A stretch of 64,000 nucleotides of DNA from an uncultured Acidobacteriota bacterium (GTDB taxonomy: Bacteria > Actinomycetota > Acidimicrobiia > Spongiisociales > ZC4RG35), in assembly GCA_963837055.1 (NCBI GenBank), contig CAWILU010000003.1, forward strand, positions 2,563 through 66,562, written 5' to 3'. The notes below the pieces were generated by a model that saw only the letters and a list, made by a program, of their open reading frames with translations, was not told the DNA's origin and made no database searches. Of this stretch, positions 43,480 to 54,175 are shown piece by piece (the first letter of the stretch is position 1; every line of letters begins with the position of its first letter). Both the position numbers and the translations under genes were made by a program.

Positions 43480-43940
43480 TGTCTCTTCACCCCCACCATC
43501 GACAACAACGCCTCCTCACGACGCTCCATCAACTCGGCGTCGTCGTCTTCGATGTGGTCGTAACCGAGGAGATGGAGGATCCCGTGGGCGACCATCAGCG
43601 CCATCTCGTCGTCGAAGCCGACCCCATTCTCCGCTGCCTGACGGCTCACGTACCCGGGAGCGATGATTACGTCTCCAATGACGAGGGGCGGGCCGGCCGG
43701 ATCGGGATCGGGCACGACACCTGGCATCAGCTCTTCGACCGGGAAGGCCAGCACATCGGTGGGACCTGTTCGGTCGAGAAAGCGCTCGTTGTAAGAGGCC
43801 ATCTCGTCTTCACTGACCAGAAGCACAGTCACTTCCGTGTCGTCCGGATACGCCTCTTCGGATAAGACGAGCTCGGCCAGATGGCGCAATTGGATCAGAT
43901 CGACCGGTTCACCTTGCTCGTCGGCCAGGAAGACGCTCAC
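43476..43940 (-). CDS. ybeY: rRNA maturation endoribonuclease YbeY
   Basis: PTDVLAF, HGILHLLGYDH. Confidence 0.96.
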   Translation of the reverse strand: MSVFLADEQGEPVDLIQLRHLAELVLSEEAYPDDTEVTVLLVSEDEMASYNERFLDRTGPTDVLAFPVEELMPGVVPDPDPAGPPLVIGDVIIAPGYVSRQAAENGVGFDDEMALMVAHGILHLLGYDHIEDDDAELMERREEALLSMVGVKRQ

Positions 43941-43977
43941 TGGCCGGCGCGGGGTTTTCGACTGGGAGGGTCATCCA

Positions 43978-46494
43978 TCAGGTTCCGGGGAAGTTGGGAT
44001 ACGCGATCCGCTGATGGTAATGACCGACCAGTGAGTCGAGGAAGGCAGACCGGATCAGGGTCATCTCGGAAAGGGTCAGCGGAGACTCGGATAGCTGTCC
44101 ATCGTTGAGCTTCTCGTCGATCACACGATCCACGACCTTCTCTATTGCCTCGGGGGTGGGCTCCTCCGTCTGAAAATTGGCCCGGCACGCCGCCTCCAGT
44201 GAGTCGGACAACATCACGATCGCCGTCTCGGCGCTCGTCGGCTTGTGCCCGATGTGCCGGAAGTCGTTTGGATTCACGTGGTCGCCGTTCTGCGCCCTCG
44301 CCTTCTCGTAGAAGAAGCGCATGATCCCGTCCCCGTGATGGCTGACGATGCCGGTGGCGACGTCCGAGGGGATCTTGAACTGACGGGCGAGGACTATCCC
44401 GTCGCTGACGTGCTTGCGGATGACTTCAGCTGATTCGAGCGGGGTGAGGAAGTCGTGCGGATTCGGTATCCCGAACTGGTTCTCGATGAACATGGTCGGG
44501 TTCTCTGTCTTGCCGAGGTCGTGGTAGTAGGCCATGGCCCGGGCAAGAAGGGCATTTGCGCCGATGGCGCGGGCAGCGGCGTGCGCCAGAGTTCCCACCA
44601 TGAGCGAGTGGTTGAAGGTGCCGAAGGCCTTCTCCTGGAGCAATTGCAGGGCCTGGTGGTTGCGGTCGGTGAGATCGAGGAGGCTGAGGCTGGTGGTGAT
44701 GTCGAAGGCCGACTCGAAGAACTGGAGAGCTGCCAGACCGATCAGCGAGGCGACCACCGAGACCCCAACCGCCCAGGCCATCGAGATCCCAACGAACTCC
44801 CAAGCCACATCGGTGGGGCCGACGTGGAAGAACCAGGCAGTGGCGCCGGCCGCAAGAGCCGCGGTCAACGAGGAGAACAGCACCGCGGTGCGGAAGGCCC
44901 CGCGGCTGCTCACCGAGCTCACGAAGGGGATCGGGGCCATGGTGGCCAGGGCGGCGTACACCGCGACACCGGTGTCCTGCGTTCCCACGGCGGCGATGAC
45001 GCCCACCGCAAGTGCCATGAGCACCGCGATGCGGGAGTCGAAGAGCACTGCGGTCATGAAGCCGAATGCCACGGCCGGAAGGACATACCAACTCGATTGC
45101 GGCTGGAAGATGACGGTGGCTCGCACAGCTCCGGCGGCGAGCACGATGAGGATGCCGAGCAGGGCCACCATCCTCGGCCTGGCCCAGAACTCGGGACGGA
45201 ACCTGGACAGGTACAACCCGAGCAATCCCACCAGAACCCCGAGCACCGCCAACATCCCTCCATCGGCAGTGGCCTGACTGGCGAAAGAAGCCGTCGCAGT
45301 GATCGCGTCGATGTGGAACTGGCTGAGCGGGACACCTCGGGCGACGATGGGCTGATCGGCGATGAACTCGACCTCGACATCCTCGACCGATTCTGCCGCC
45401 TCGTTCTGCGCTTCAGTCGTGGCGGCCTCGTCGACCAGGTAATTGGGTTGCAGGAAGCTCGCCACCACCTCCCCGGCTGCATCGCTGGCCGCTTGATCCT
45501 GACCCGGTGGGTTGGCGTCGAGATAGAAGACCGCCGGTGGGCTGGAGCGGAGACGCTGTTGGGCGGTTGTGACCTGCTCGGGTGTGATGAGCAGACCGAA
45601 CTCCTGGAAGAGACGATTTACTGCGGCCTGCCGGACGACGGGAAGGCGAGGGTCTTCACCAACCGCAACCCGCATCACATCCTCGCTGGCCGTGGCGACC
45701 AGAGTGGCGACGGCATCACTGGCGACGATGTGCTCCGCGGTGACCTGGGCGATTACTTCATCGATGGGTCTCAGATTCACCAACAGCGGGATCGGCGTCG
45801 CCTCGCAGGCGATGCCGGGTTGGCAGTCGACGTCTTGCACGTAGTTGCCGGCACCGAATACAAAAGCTTCCGGGATCGCGGCGTCCTCAGGGTCGACGCT
45901 AACCCGGGTGATCCCGGGGAGCACCTGTGCCGACCAGATGCCGTTGTCGTCGGTCATCACCTCTTGGGTCTGGCCGGCAGAGTCGACGATGCCGACGGTG
46001 ACCCGGGCCACGCCACTGTCGGTGCGTGACCCTTCTGACTCGACGTCGAACACCCCGTCGTTGTCGACGTCGATGAAGACCATGCCGGATATCAGCACGG
46101 GCTCGGGCACCTCTGTGGGGGCGGTGCCGTCTGCCGCAACGGTGGTCGTAGTGGGGTCGCCCGACACGTCCGGCGCCGGGACCTCCACAGGGTCCCCGAT
46201 GACCAGGGTCTCGACGTCGTCGAACACGGCCTCCACCTGACCATTGACAGTGTTCTGGATCTGCTCGTTGATCTGCTCGACCGGCGGCACCGAGTCTCTG
46301 GCCTCCTGCGCCAGACGCTCGGTCGCCTCGGTGTCGACCACGGTCGCGGCGCGCTGAGCCACATAGTCCTGACTGGCCGGGGCACCGAGCACCAGTTCGG
46401 AGTCCGAGGCCGCCGTGCCCAACGAGAGAACTCCCCATGCCGCCACAACAGTGGCGACAAAGGTGGCGATACGGACCAGCGCTGGCCGCGGCAT
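43978..46494 (-). CDS. 7TM-HD phosphohydrolase (PgpH-like) with SdrD B-like extracellular insert
   Basis: 7 TMs, GTFNHS, YHDLGK..NP..FIENQ, HHG, MLSDSLEAA; located between phoH and ybeY. Confidence 0.9.
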   Translation of the reverse strand: MPRPALVRIATFVATVVAAWGVLSLGTAASDSELVLGAPASQDYVAQRAATVVDTEATERLAQEARDSVPPVEQINEQIQNTVNGQVEAVFDDVETLVIGDPVEVPAPDVSGDPTTTTVAADGTAPTEVPEPVLISGMVFIDVDNDGVFDVESEGSRTDSGVARVTVGIVDSAGQTQEVMTDDNGIWSAQVLPGITRVSVDPEDAAIPEAFVFGAGNYVQDVDCQPGIACEATPIPLLVNLRPIDEVIAQVTAEHIVASDAVATLVATASEDVMRVAVGEDPRLPVVRQAAVNRLFQEFGLLITPEQVTTAQQRLRSSPPAVFYLDANPPGQDQAASDAAGEVVASFLQPNYLVDEAATTEAQNEAAESVEDVEVEFIADQPIVARGVPLSQFHIDAITATASFASQATADGGMLAVLGVLVGLLGLYLSRFRPEFWARPRMVALLGILIVLAAGAVRATVIFQPQSSWYVLPAVAFGFMTAVLFDSRIAVLMALAVGVIAAVGTQDTGVAVYAALATMAPIPFVSSVSSRGAFRTAVLFSSLTAALAAGATAWFFHVGPTDVAWEFVGISMAWAVGVSVVASLIGLAALQFFESAFDITTSLSLLDLTDRNHQALQLLQEKAFGTFNHSLMVGTLAHAAARAIGANALLARAMAYYHDLGKTENPTMFIENQFGIPNPHDFLTPLESAEVIRKHVSDGIVLARQFKIPSDVATGIVSHHGDGIMRFFYEKARAQNGDHVNPNDFRHIGHKPTSAETAIVMLSDSLEAACRANFQTEEPTPEAIEKVVDRVIDEKLNDGQLSESPLTLSEMTLIRSAFLDSLVGHYHQRIAYPNFPGT

Positions 46495-47474
46495 CAGTTG
46501 GCCTTGCTCTCGAACCGGGCGTAAGCCTCCACGATCGAGGCGACGATCCGGTGCCGCACCACGTCCCGGGCGGTCAGTTCGACGAATGAGACTCCTGGAA
46601 TGTCGCTGAGGATCTGACGCACCACCTGAAGCCCCGATGACCGGTTGTCAGGCAGATCGGTCTGAGTCATGTCCCCGGTGATGATCATCTTGGAGTTGAA
46701 CCCGAGCCTGGTCAGGAACATCTTCATCTGCTCTGGCGTCGTGTTCTGAGCTTCGTCGAGGATGACACAGGCGTCGTTGAGAGTCCTTCCTCGCATATAA
46801 GCGAGCGGGGCTATCTCAATGGTTCCCTTCTCCACCAACGAGCCAGTCTCCTCAGGCCCGAGCATGTCCCACAGGGCGTCGTAGAGCGGACGCAGATAAG
46901 GATCGACCTTGGCGGCCAAATCCCCCGGCAGGAACCCGAGCCGCTCCCCTGCCTCGACCGCGGGGCGGGTGAGGATGATCCGGCGAACCGACCCGCTGAC
47001 CAGGCTGTCGACGGCTGCAGCCATGGCCAGATAGGTCTTCCCGGTCCCGGCCGGCCCGATTCCAAAAGTGAGGGTGTTCTCCCTGATGGCCTCCATGTAC
47101 CGCTGCTGGCCGTGGGTCTTGGGGCGAATCATCCGACCTCGGCCTACCGGGATGCCGTCGGAGAGCACGCCCGAAGGGCTGGGAACGTCCTCGATCACCA
47201 TCTTGACGACTTCGTCCACCCGCGCCGAGTCGAGGGCATGGCCCTCCTGGACCAGGATCAGAAGCTCCTCGATCACGGTTCGGGCTCGATCCACCTCGGT
47301 GTCAGGCCCTCTGAGCGCCACTTCGTCACCACGCGCCACAAAGCGAACCCCGGGAAAGTGGGACTCGACCTGACGGAGGTGTCGGTCGGCCTCTCCGAGG
47401 AGATCCAGCATCAAATGATGGCTGGGTACGCGTAAACGCGACTCGATTTGATCGGTGGGTTGCTCAGTGGGCAC
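46494..47474 (-). CDS. phoH: PhoH-like ATPase
   Basis: GPAGTGKT, RPAVEAGERLGFLPG, MRGRTL, DEAQN. Confidence 0.96.
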   Translation of the reverse strand: MPTEQPTDQIESRLRVPSHHLMLDLLGEADRHLRQVESHFPGVRFVARGDEVALRGPDTEVDRARTVIEELLILVQEGHALDSARVDEVVKMVIEDVPSPSGVLSDGIPVGRGRMIRPKTHGQQRYMEAIRENTLTFGIGPAGTGKTYLAMAAAVDSLVSGSVRRIILTRPAVEAGERLGFLPGDLAAKVDPYLRPLYDALWDMLGPEETGSLVEKGTIEIAPLAYMRGRTLNDACVILDEAQNTTPEQMKMFLTRLGFNSKMIITGDMTQTDLPDNRSSGLQVVRQILSDIPGVSFVELTARDVVRHRIVASIVEAYARFESKAN

Positions 47475-47541
47475 GGGAGGAGACGCCCTCTCGGTGGCGT
47501 CGCAACCATTCTAGAGGGCGCCCGGCGCTGATTCCGACTAT

Positions 47542-47955
47542 TCAGTCCGACCCGGAAGCCACTTCCACCGTCGAATCCAGCAAGGAGGCGATTACGGCCT
47601 TATCCGAGTCCCGGACCTCGTCCGGGCTCCCCTCGCGGCGAAGAAAATGAATTGCGGCCAGGTAGCGATCGATCAGATCACCGTCTTTCGAGTCCGCCGC
47701 GAGGTCGAGATCGATGAGCACACCTCGCTCGGAAGATCCGATTGGGAGGAGATCGGCGGCGGGCACCGCAAAGATCTCAGCGAGACGGACCAAGCGCTGA
47801 ACGCTCAGCGCGCGCTCCCCGCGTTCATAAGCGCCGACGACCGACGCCTTGAACTCTCCACCCGTGTACGACTCGAGCTCCCCCAGCGACCAACCACGCT
47901 GGCGGCGCGCCGAGCGCAACCGCAAGCCCAGCGAAGCGCTGAATCTATCGACCAA
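47542..47955 (-). CDS. XRE-family regulator, BldD-like
   Basis: LGLRLRSARRQRGWSL...KASVVGAYERGERALSVQRL...LLP...IDL parallels Streptomyces BldD; GGAGG RBS before TTG. Confidence 0.8.
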   Translation of the reverse strand: MVDRFSASLGLRLRSARRQRGWSLGELESYTGGEFKASVVGAYERGERALSVQRLVRLAEIFAVPAADLLPIGSSERGVLIDLDLAADSKDGDLIDRYLAAIHFLRREGSPDEVRDSDKAVIASLLDSTVEVASGSD

Positions 47956-48017
47956 AGGTTGCCTCCCGTAAGCCCGTGGCCGGATGCTACATACTCTTTT
48001 GCGCCCTTTCCAGGCAA

Positions 48018-48650
48018 TCATGAGAGTCGGGCGGCGGCGACCAGCGCGGCCGTCTCCACCCGGAGCACGGTTTCGCCGAGATCCCAGAGATCGACGCCCT
48101 CGGGAATCTCTCCTGGCGCCCAGCCTCCCTCCGGCCCGATGACCACTGTCCGCGCGTGCGGCCTCTCCCTGCTGCCGGCCGGGTCACAGACGACATATGG
48201 CCCGGTCAGGTCGGAGAGCCCGACGAGGCCATTGGCGACAGTCATCAGCCATCCGCCTCTGGATTGTTCCAGGCCGGATATCGCCCAGGATCGGGCACGA
48301 TCGGCACCCGGGTGGCGGCCCTGCCCGTGCCTCGTCTCCAAGAACCAAAGCTCGGCGATCCCCATTTCTGCCAATTTCTCCACCAGGAATCGAGCTCGAT
48401 CACGACTGTCGGGTGGTGCAGTCACCACGATCAGGTCAGAGGGACGAGTTATCGCGGCCTCTTCGCCCCGAATCAGCTGACCTGTCTCATATGAACCCGT
48501 TCCGATCAGGCCCTCCCCGTCGGTGTAGCTGGCCTGCTCTCCGCTCTCGAGCCGGAGCACTCTGTCCAGATGATGACGTTGTTCGTTGGACAGATCGAGC
48601 TGTTCCGCGACCCACGGCCCGGGCACCCACAAATGAGGGACGTGCCCCAT
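48018..48650 (-). CDS. rsmE: 16S rRNA m3U1498 methyltransferase
   Basis: HLDRVLRL, EQSR, IGPEGG, LRVETA. Confidence 0.93.
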   Translation of the reverse strand: MGHVPHLWVPGPWVAEQLDLSNEQRHHLDRVLRLESGEQASYTDGEGLIGTGSYETGQLIRGEEAAITRPSDLIVVTAPPDSRDRARFLVEKLAEMGIAELWFLETRHGQGRHPGADRARSWAISGLEQSRGGWLMTVANGLVGLSDLTGPYVVCDPAGSRERPHARTVVIGPEGGWAPGEIPEGVDLWDLGETVLRVETAALVAAARLS

Positions 48651-48661
48651 GGCGGAGTTAG

Positions 48662-49738
48662 TCAGCCGGCGGAGGCCGGGCGGTCGGTCCGCTCGCCACG
48701 GAGGTCTGCCCACCGGCGGAGGAGGTCTTCCTCATCGCGGGTCAGGTCGGTGGGAACTCTCACCGACACGACGACGTGGAGGTCGCCGCGTGTCCGCCGA
48801 CCCAGACGGGTGATGCCCAAACCGGCCATGCGGTAAACCGCCCCAGGCTGGGTCCCGGGAGGGATGTCCAGTTGGGACTCCCCGCCCTCGAGCAAAGGGA
48901 TCGCCAGACGGGTGCCGAGGGTCGCCTCGGCGATGCCGATGGACACCTGATGGATCAATTCGGCGTCTTGTCGCTCGAATCGCGGGTCAGGGGCAACCCG
49001 CACTTCGACGTAGAGGTCACCCGGAGGACCACTGCGCCCACCTGACTGCCCGCGACCAGATAGACGCAACCTGGTTCCGGAGGAGACACCCGCCGGCACC
49101 TCGACCGTCATCGTGACCTCGCCATCGACCGCTCCCAGGCCGGAACAGGCAGGGCAGGGATTGGTGACGAGCACGCCTTCGCCGTGACATGTCGGGCAGG
49201 TGCCGACGGTCATCATCGTGCCGAACAGCGACCGCCGCGCCATGCGGACCGATCCGGCGCCACCACACTGGGGGCAGGTGGTCTGGCCATGGCCGGCCTC
49301 GGCGCCGGTTCCAGCACACACCTCGCACGTCTTCCTCGTGCGAAACGTGACGTCGACCTCGGTGCCGAAGGCGGCGCCGACGAGATCGACATCGGCGCGG
49401 ACGAGAACGTCCCCGCCCCGTGTCGGCCGGCTCGAGCTTCCCGAGCCGAACATCGAGCTGTCACCGAACACAGAACGCAACAGATCGTCGAGCCCGCCAA
49501 ACCCGGCAAAGAGATCGGACAGGTCGATGGTGTCCCCCCGGTCGTATCGGCGCCGCCGATCCGGGTCCGAGAGCACCTCGTATGCCTCCGCCGCATCCCG
49601 GAATCGAGCCTCGGCAGCCGGCTCACCCGGGTTGGCATCGGGATGTGTGGCACGCGCAATCGACCGGAAAGCCTTCTTGATCTCTTCCGTGGTGGCGTCC
49701 CTGCCGACCCCGAGGATGTCGTAGTAGTTCTTGGCCAT
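48662..49738 (-). CDS. dnaJ: Chaperone DnaJ
   Basis: J domain HPD, four CxxCxGxG repeats. Confidence 0.96.
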   Translation of the reverse strand: MAKNYYDILGVGRDATTEEIKKAFRSIARATHPDANPGEPAAEARFRDAAEAYEVLSDPDRRRRYDRGDTIDLSDLFAGFGGLDDLLRSVFGDSSMFGSGSSSRPTRGGDVLVRADVDLVGAAFGTEVDVTFRTRKTCEVCAGTGAEAGHGQTTCPQCGGAGSVRMARRSLFGTMMTVGTCPTCHGEGVLVTNPCPACSGLGAVDGEVTMTVEVPAGVSSGTRLRLSGRGQSGGRSGPPGDLYVEVRVAPDPRFERQDAELIHQVSIGIAEATLGTRLAIPLLEGGESQLDIPPGTQPGAVYRMAGLGITRLGRRTRGDLHVVVSVRVPTDLTRDEEDLLRRWADLRGERTDRPASAG

Positions 49739-49741
49739 GGG

Positions 49742-50743
49742 TCAGTCTTGTTCGGAGCTGATCCGGTCCTCCAACTCACGGGAGACCTCTTCCACCGCCG
49801 AGATCGCTCGCTTGTAGTTCATCCGCATCGGCCCGATCACCCCGACCGAGCCTCCGCTCGAGCCAACCTCGTATGTCTTGGACACGACGGCGAGATCGAC
49901 ATCGCGAACTGGGAGCTCGGCACCGATTTGGATGGACGTCCCCGAGGCGACCGCCAGAATCTTCATCACCTCGGCCTCTCTTGCCAGCACCTCGAGAATG
50001 CGCTGCACGGCGCTCAAATCCTCCCAGACCGAGGTCAGTCTCTGCGTTCCGCCGATGAACATCTCCGTCCCGGCAGCGGCGGCCAGATGCAAGCCGTCGT
50101 TCATGGTCAGCACTGCCTCCCGGGTCTTCTCGTCGAGAGAACCGAGGACTTCATCACTGATCGACGGCGTTGAACCGAGATCCATCCCCACCACGGCTGC
50201 ACTCACCAACCGATGGGCCTCGTCGAGCTCGTTGGTGGTGATCGGGACGCGGACCCGGGCCCTCTGCTGAAGCACACGCCCGCTGTCCGTGACCACGATG
50301 AGAAGCATCTGATCGGCCGTCACCTGAACACTGTGCAGGGCGCGAACACGGTCGGCTCTGAAGGCGGGCGCCACGACAACGGACGGCAGGTCGGTCACTT
50401 CGGCCAGGAGATCGGAGGTCTCCTTGAGCAGCTTGGAGAGCTCGAGATGGACATCACCGAAGAAGGTGTCGATCTTGGCCTGAGCGGTCGTTTGGAGACG
50501 TCTCGGGCCGAGGTGGTCGACGTAATACCTATAGGCAGCGGCCGTCGGGATCCGACCCGCCGAGGTGTGAGGCTGGATCACGAAGCCCTCCGCTTCGAGG
50601 GCGGTGAGATCGTTCCTCACTGTGGCGGTGGAGACCGAGAGGCGAGCCCGCTCCACGATGGCGCGGGAGCTCACCGGCTCACCGGAGCGAATGTGCTCCT
50701 CGACGAGGGCGCGAAGGATCTCTGACCGGCGATCTTCCAGCAT
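49742..50743 (-). CDS. hrcA: Heat-inducible repressor HrcA
   Basis: ATVRND, QPHTSAGRIPT, IGPMRMNY. Confidence 0.96.
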   Translation of the reverse strand: MLEDRRSEILRALVEEHIRSGEPVSSRAIVERARLSVSTATVRNDLTALEAEGFVIQPHTSAGRIPTAAAYRYYVDHLGPRRLQTTAQAKIDTFFGDVHLELSKLLKETSDLLAEVTDLPSVVVAPAFRADRVRALHSVQVTADQMLLIVVTDSGRVLQQRARVRVPITTNELDEAHRLVSAAVVGMDLGSTPSISDEVLGSLDEKTREAVLTMNDGLHLAAAAGTEMFIGGTQRLTSVWEDLSAVQRILEVLAREAEVMKILAVASGTSIQIGAELPVRDVDLAVVSKTYEVGSSGGSVGVIGPMRMNYKRAISAVEEVSRELEDRISSEQD

Positions 50744-50748
50744 CTGCC

Positions 50749-51924
50749 CTAGAGATTATCCGTGTTGCCGGGCTCAACCCACCCTTCGGGTGGGCTCAGG
50801 TCGAGCACCCGACGATGCACCTCGTCGGTGAGCAACGGGCGCCGCACAATCAGTCGCCCCGCTGCCGCGTCGATAACCCCCTCCCGCAGCAACAACTCTC
50901 CCCCGGCCGAGCCGAGAAGGGCGTCCACTCCCGGACCGTGGGTCACACCAGCGGTTCGCCGCAGACCGACGAACAACCGGTCGATCTCGCCCTCCCATCC
51001 CGCCATCGGCTCGCCTCCTGCCACCGGTCTCACCCCTTGCTCGAGGCGATCGATGTAGGCATCGAGTCGGCGAACGTTGTAGCTGCGGACCCCGTCCCGG
51101 TACCGGTGTGCCGCATTCCCGTACGCCTCGTATTCCCCTTGGGCCCACACTGTGAGGTTGTAGCGGCACTCCCGACCGGGCCGCGACCAATTGGACACCT
51201 CATATCTCACAAGCCCAGCTTCGGCCAGGAGCTTTTCCGCCATCTCGTAACGGTCGGCCTGCGTATCAGCGTCCGGAGCCGGGGCTCCATCCTTCACCTG
51301 GCGATGAAGAGGGGTGCCTGGCTCCACCGTCAGCGCGTAACAGGAGACATGGTCCGGCCGAAGCGCCATCGCCCGCCGAAGCGAATCCTCCCAGGAGTCG
51401 TCGGACTCGTCCGGAGCCCCGAATATCAGGTCGAGCGAGGCGTTCTCGAACCCGGCGTGACGGGCATTGCTGAACGATTCCTCGATGTCCTCGGCTCGGT
51501 GCCGCCGGCCGAGACCGGCCAGGACCCCGTCATCGAAGCTCTGCGCTCCGAACGACACCCGGTTGAAGCCGGCTTCGACCAGTTGCTCTGCCCGGTCGCG
51601 GCTGAAATCCTCGGGGTTCGCCTCCAAGGAGACCTCCACGTCCGCGGCCACACCGTGTTGACCGCGCAGAGCCTCGAGGATCCCGGAGAGAAGCCCCGGT
51701 GCGACATGACTCGGTGTTCCCCCTCCGAAGTACACCGCGTCGAGAGTGCGCCAGGTGCCGGCCAGCTCGATCTCAGTGATCACCAAAGCGACATAGCGCT
51801 CGATCCGGTCGTCTGCCCCGGCTACTACCGCAAAGTCGCAATAGGGGCAGACGGCAGAGCAAAACGGGATGTGAACGTAGGCCGCGGCCCGCCCGGCGTG
51901 AATATCGACATCGGGGCCGGTCAT
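50749..51924 (-). CDS. hemW: Radical SAM heme chaperone HemW
   Basis: [27 protein letters not shown]; lepA-hemW-hrcA context. Confidence 0.92.
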   Translation of the reverse strand: MTGPDVDIHAGRAAAYVHIPFCSAVCPYCDFAVVAGADDRIERYVALVITEIELAGTWRTLDAVYFGGGTPSHVAPGLLSGILEALRGQHGVAADVEVSLEANPEDFSRDRAEQLVEAGFNRVSFGAQSFDDGVLAGLGRRHRAEDIEESFSNARHAGFENASLDLIFGAPDESDDSWEDSLRRAMALRPDHVSCYALTVEPGTPLHRQVKDGAPAPDADTQADRYEMAEKLLAEAGLVRYEVSNWSRPGRECRYNLTVWAQGEYEAYGNAAHRYRDGVRSYNVRRLDAYIDRLEQGVRPVAGGEPMAGWEGEIDRLFVGLRRTAGVTHGPGVDALLGSAGGELLLREGVIDAAAGRLIVRRPLLTDEVHRRVLDLSPPEGWVEPGNTDNL

Positions 51925-53729
51925 AAGTCGTCGTCGACCCGAAGAGCGGCCACGAATGCCTCTTGGGGCACCTCGACCGAGCCCACCATCTTCATCCGCT
52001 TCTTGCCTTCCTTCTGCTTGGTGAGCAGCTTCTTCTTGCGGGTCACGTCACCGCCGTAGCACTTGGCGATGACGTCTTTCCGCTTGGCCTTCACCGTTTC
52101 CCGGCTGATGATCTTGCCCCCGATCGCGGCCTGGATCGGGACATCGAACATCTGGCGCGGGATGAGGCCGCGAAGACGTCCGGTCATGGTCTTCCCATAG
52201 TCGTTGGCCTTGTCCCGGTGCACGATGGCGGAGAAGGCATCGACCGGCTGGCCGTTGAGCAGGATGTCCACCTTGACCAGGTCGGCAGCCCGGTAGTCCG
52301 CCGGCTCGTAGTCGAGCGAGGCATAGCCCTTCGTTTTCGACTTGAGCAGATCGAAGAAGTCGAAGACGATCTCGGCGAGCGGGATCTGGTAGTCCAGCTC
52401 GACCCGCTCCGGGCTCAGATAGCTCATGTTGCCCATCTCCCCCCGCTTCGTGGTCACCAGCTCCATGATCGGACCAACGTATTCGCTGGGGGTCAGGATC
52501 ATCGCCCGCACATAGGGCTCGTAGAGACCGGTCCGAAGCCCGGGGTCGGGGAGGTCCTGTGGCGATTTGATCTCACGAACACTGCCGTCGGGCATGGTCA
52601 CCTGATAGGCGACCGAAGGCGCGGTGGCGACCAAATCGAGGTCGTACTCCCTCTCCAGCCGCTCACGAACGATCTCCATGTGGAGGAGGCCGAGGAAACC
52701 AACCCGGAATCCAAAGCCGAGGGCGCGGCTGGTCTCCGGCTCCCACATCAGGGACCCATCGCTCAACCGAAGCTTCTCGAGCGCCTCCCTCAGCCGCTCG
52801 AAGTCGTCGCCGTCGGTGGGGAACAACCCGGAGAACACCATCGGCTTGGGCTCGGCATATCCGGGCAGGGCTTCTCGGGCAGGTGCGGCGGCATCGGTCA
52901 GCGTGTCACCGACTTTGATTCGGTCGATCTCCTTGACTCCTGTGATCAGATAGCCGACCTCACCAGCCTCGAGGATGTTGACCGGCTTGGCCGCTGGAGT
53001 CAGCACTCCCACCTCGATGGCGTCGTGGGTCTCGCCGGTGGCGATGAACTTCAGCCGAAAACCCGAGCGAAGCCTGCCATCGACGACGCGGACATAACAG
53101 ACGACGCCCCGATAGGCGTCGTAGTACGAGTCGAAGACCAGTGCCCGCAGCGGTGCGTCTGGGTCACCCCTAGGAGGAGGGACCACGTTGACGAGACGCT
53201 CGAGTAGCTCTTCGACGCCTTCACCGGTCTTGGCGGAGATCCTGACGATGTCCTCGGGCGATCCCCCGATGACGTTGGTGATCTCGCCAGCAACCCGATC
53301 GGGGTCTGCGGCGACGAGATCGATCTTGTTGATGGCGGGGATCACCTCGAGACCGGCGTCGACCGCCAGATAGGCATTGGCCAGTGTCTGTGCCTGGACC
53401 CCTTGGGCGGCATCGACCAGGAGAAGGGCGCCCTCACATGCTGCCAGGGACCGTGACACCTCATAGGAGAAGTCGACATGGCCAGGTGTGTCGATCAGGT
53501 TGAGCTCATACTCCTGCCCATCGGCGGCGCGATGAGCAAGCCTCACGGTTTGGGCCTTGATGGTGATCCCCCGTTCCCGTTCCAGGTCCATCGTGTCGAG
53601 GACCTGTTCGCGCATGTCCCTTTGATCCATGGCACCGGTGAGCTCCAGCAGTCGATCCGCCAGGGTCGATTTCCCGTGGTCGATGTGGGCGATGATGGAG
53701 AAGTTGCGAATGCGCGCTTGATTGGTCAC
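51921..53729 (-). CDS. lepA: Elongation factor 4
   Basis: [37 protein letters not shown]. Confidence 0.98.
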   Translation of the reverse strand: MTNQARIRNFSIIAHIDHGKSTLADRLLELTGAMDQRDMREQVLDTMDLERERGITIKAQTVRLAHRAADGQEYELNLIDTPGHVDFSYEVSRSLAACEGALLLVDAAQGVQAQTLANAYLAVDAGLEVIPAINKIDLVAADPDRVAGEITNVIGGSPEDIVRISAKTGEGVEELLERLVNVVPPPRGDPDAPLRALVFDSYYDAYRGVVCYVRVVDGRLRSGFRLKFIATGETHDAIEVGVLTPAAKPVNILEAGEVGYLITGVKEIDRIKVGDTLTDAAAPAREALPGYAEPKPMVFSGLFPTDGDDFERLREALEKLRLSDGSLMWEPETSRALGFGFRVGFLGLLHMEIVRERLEREYDLDLVATAPSVAYQVTMPDGSVREIKSPQDLPDPGLRTGLYEPYVRAMILTPSEYVGPIMELVTTKRGEMGNMSYLSPERVELDYQIPLAEIVFDFFDLLKSKTKGYASLDYEPADYRAADLVKVDILLNGQPVDAFSAIVHRDKANDYGKTMTGRLRGLIPRQMFDVPIQAAIGGKIISRETVKAKRKDVIAKCYGGDVTRKKKLLTKQKEGKKRMKMVGSVEVPQEAFVAALRVDDDL

Positions 53730-53872
53730 GGGTAACCGGGAGGAAGCGGCATTGTACCTACCGAAATCCCGCTGTTAATCTGCGGTCTTCGGTCTCTCGG
53801 CCGAGGTCCATCCGACCAAGTGGGTGGCCGACTCGCGCACCCACAACTCAGAACTCAGGACTCAATACCCAT

Positions 53873-54130
53873 ATGGCCAACATCAAGTCACAAATCAAGC
53901 GAAACCGGCAAAACGAACGCCGGCGGATGCGTAACAAGTCGATCAACAGCAACCTGAAGACCACCGTCAAGAAGGTCGAAACGGCAGCGGCCGCCGGTGA
54001 GCCAACCGACGCGCTCATTCGTGAGGCGCAGGCCAAGATCGATACCGCAGTGTCCAAGGGCGTTCTTCACAAGAAGGCCGCCGCCCGCAAGAAGTCGCGA
54101 CTCGCCAAGCGAGTCTCTGCGGACTCCTAG
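53873..54130 (+). CDS. rpsT: 30S ribosomal protein S20
   Basis: [13 protein letters not shown]...[16 protein letters not shown]. Confidence 0.97.
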   Translation: MANIKSQIKRNRQNERRRMRNKSINSNLKTTVKKVETAAAAGEPTDALIREAQAKIDTAVSKGVLHKKAAARKKSRLAKRVSADS

Positions 54131-54155
54131 AACCTATTACCTAGGACTCAGGACC

Positions 54156-54175
54156 GGGCGGCCGAAAGGCCGCCC
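54156..54175. terminator. Hairpin between convergent rpsT and holA
   Basis: GGGCGGCC-GAAA-GGCCGCCC. Confidence 0.65.
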
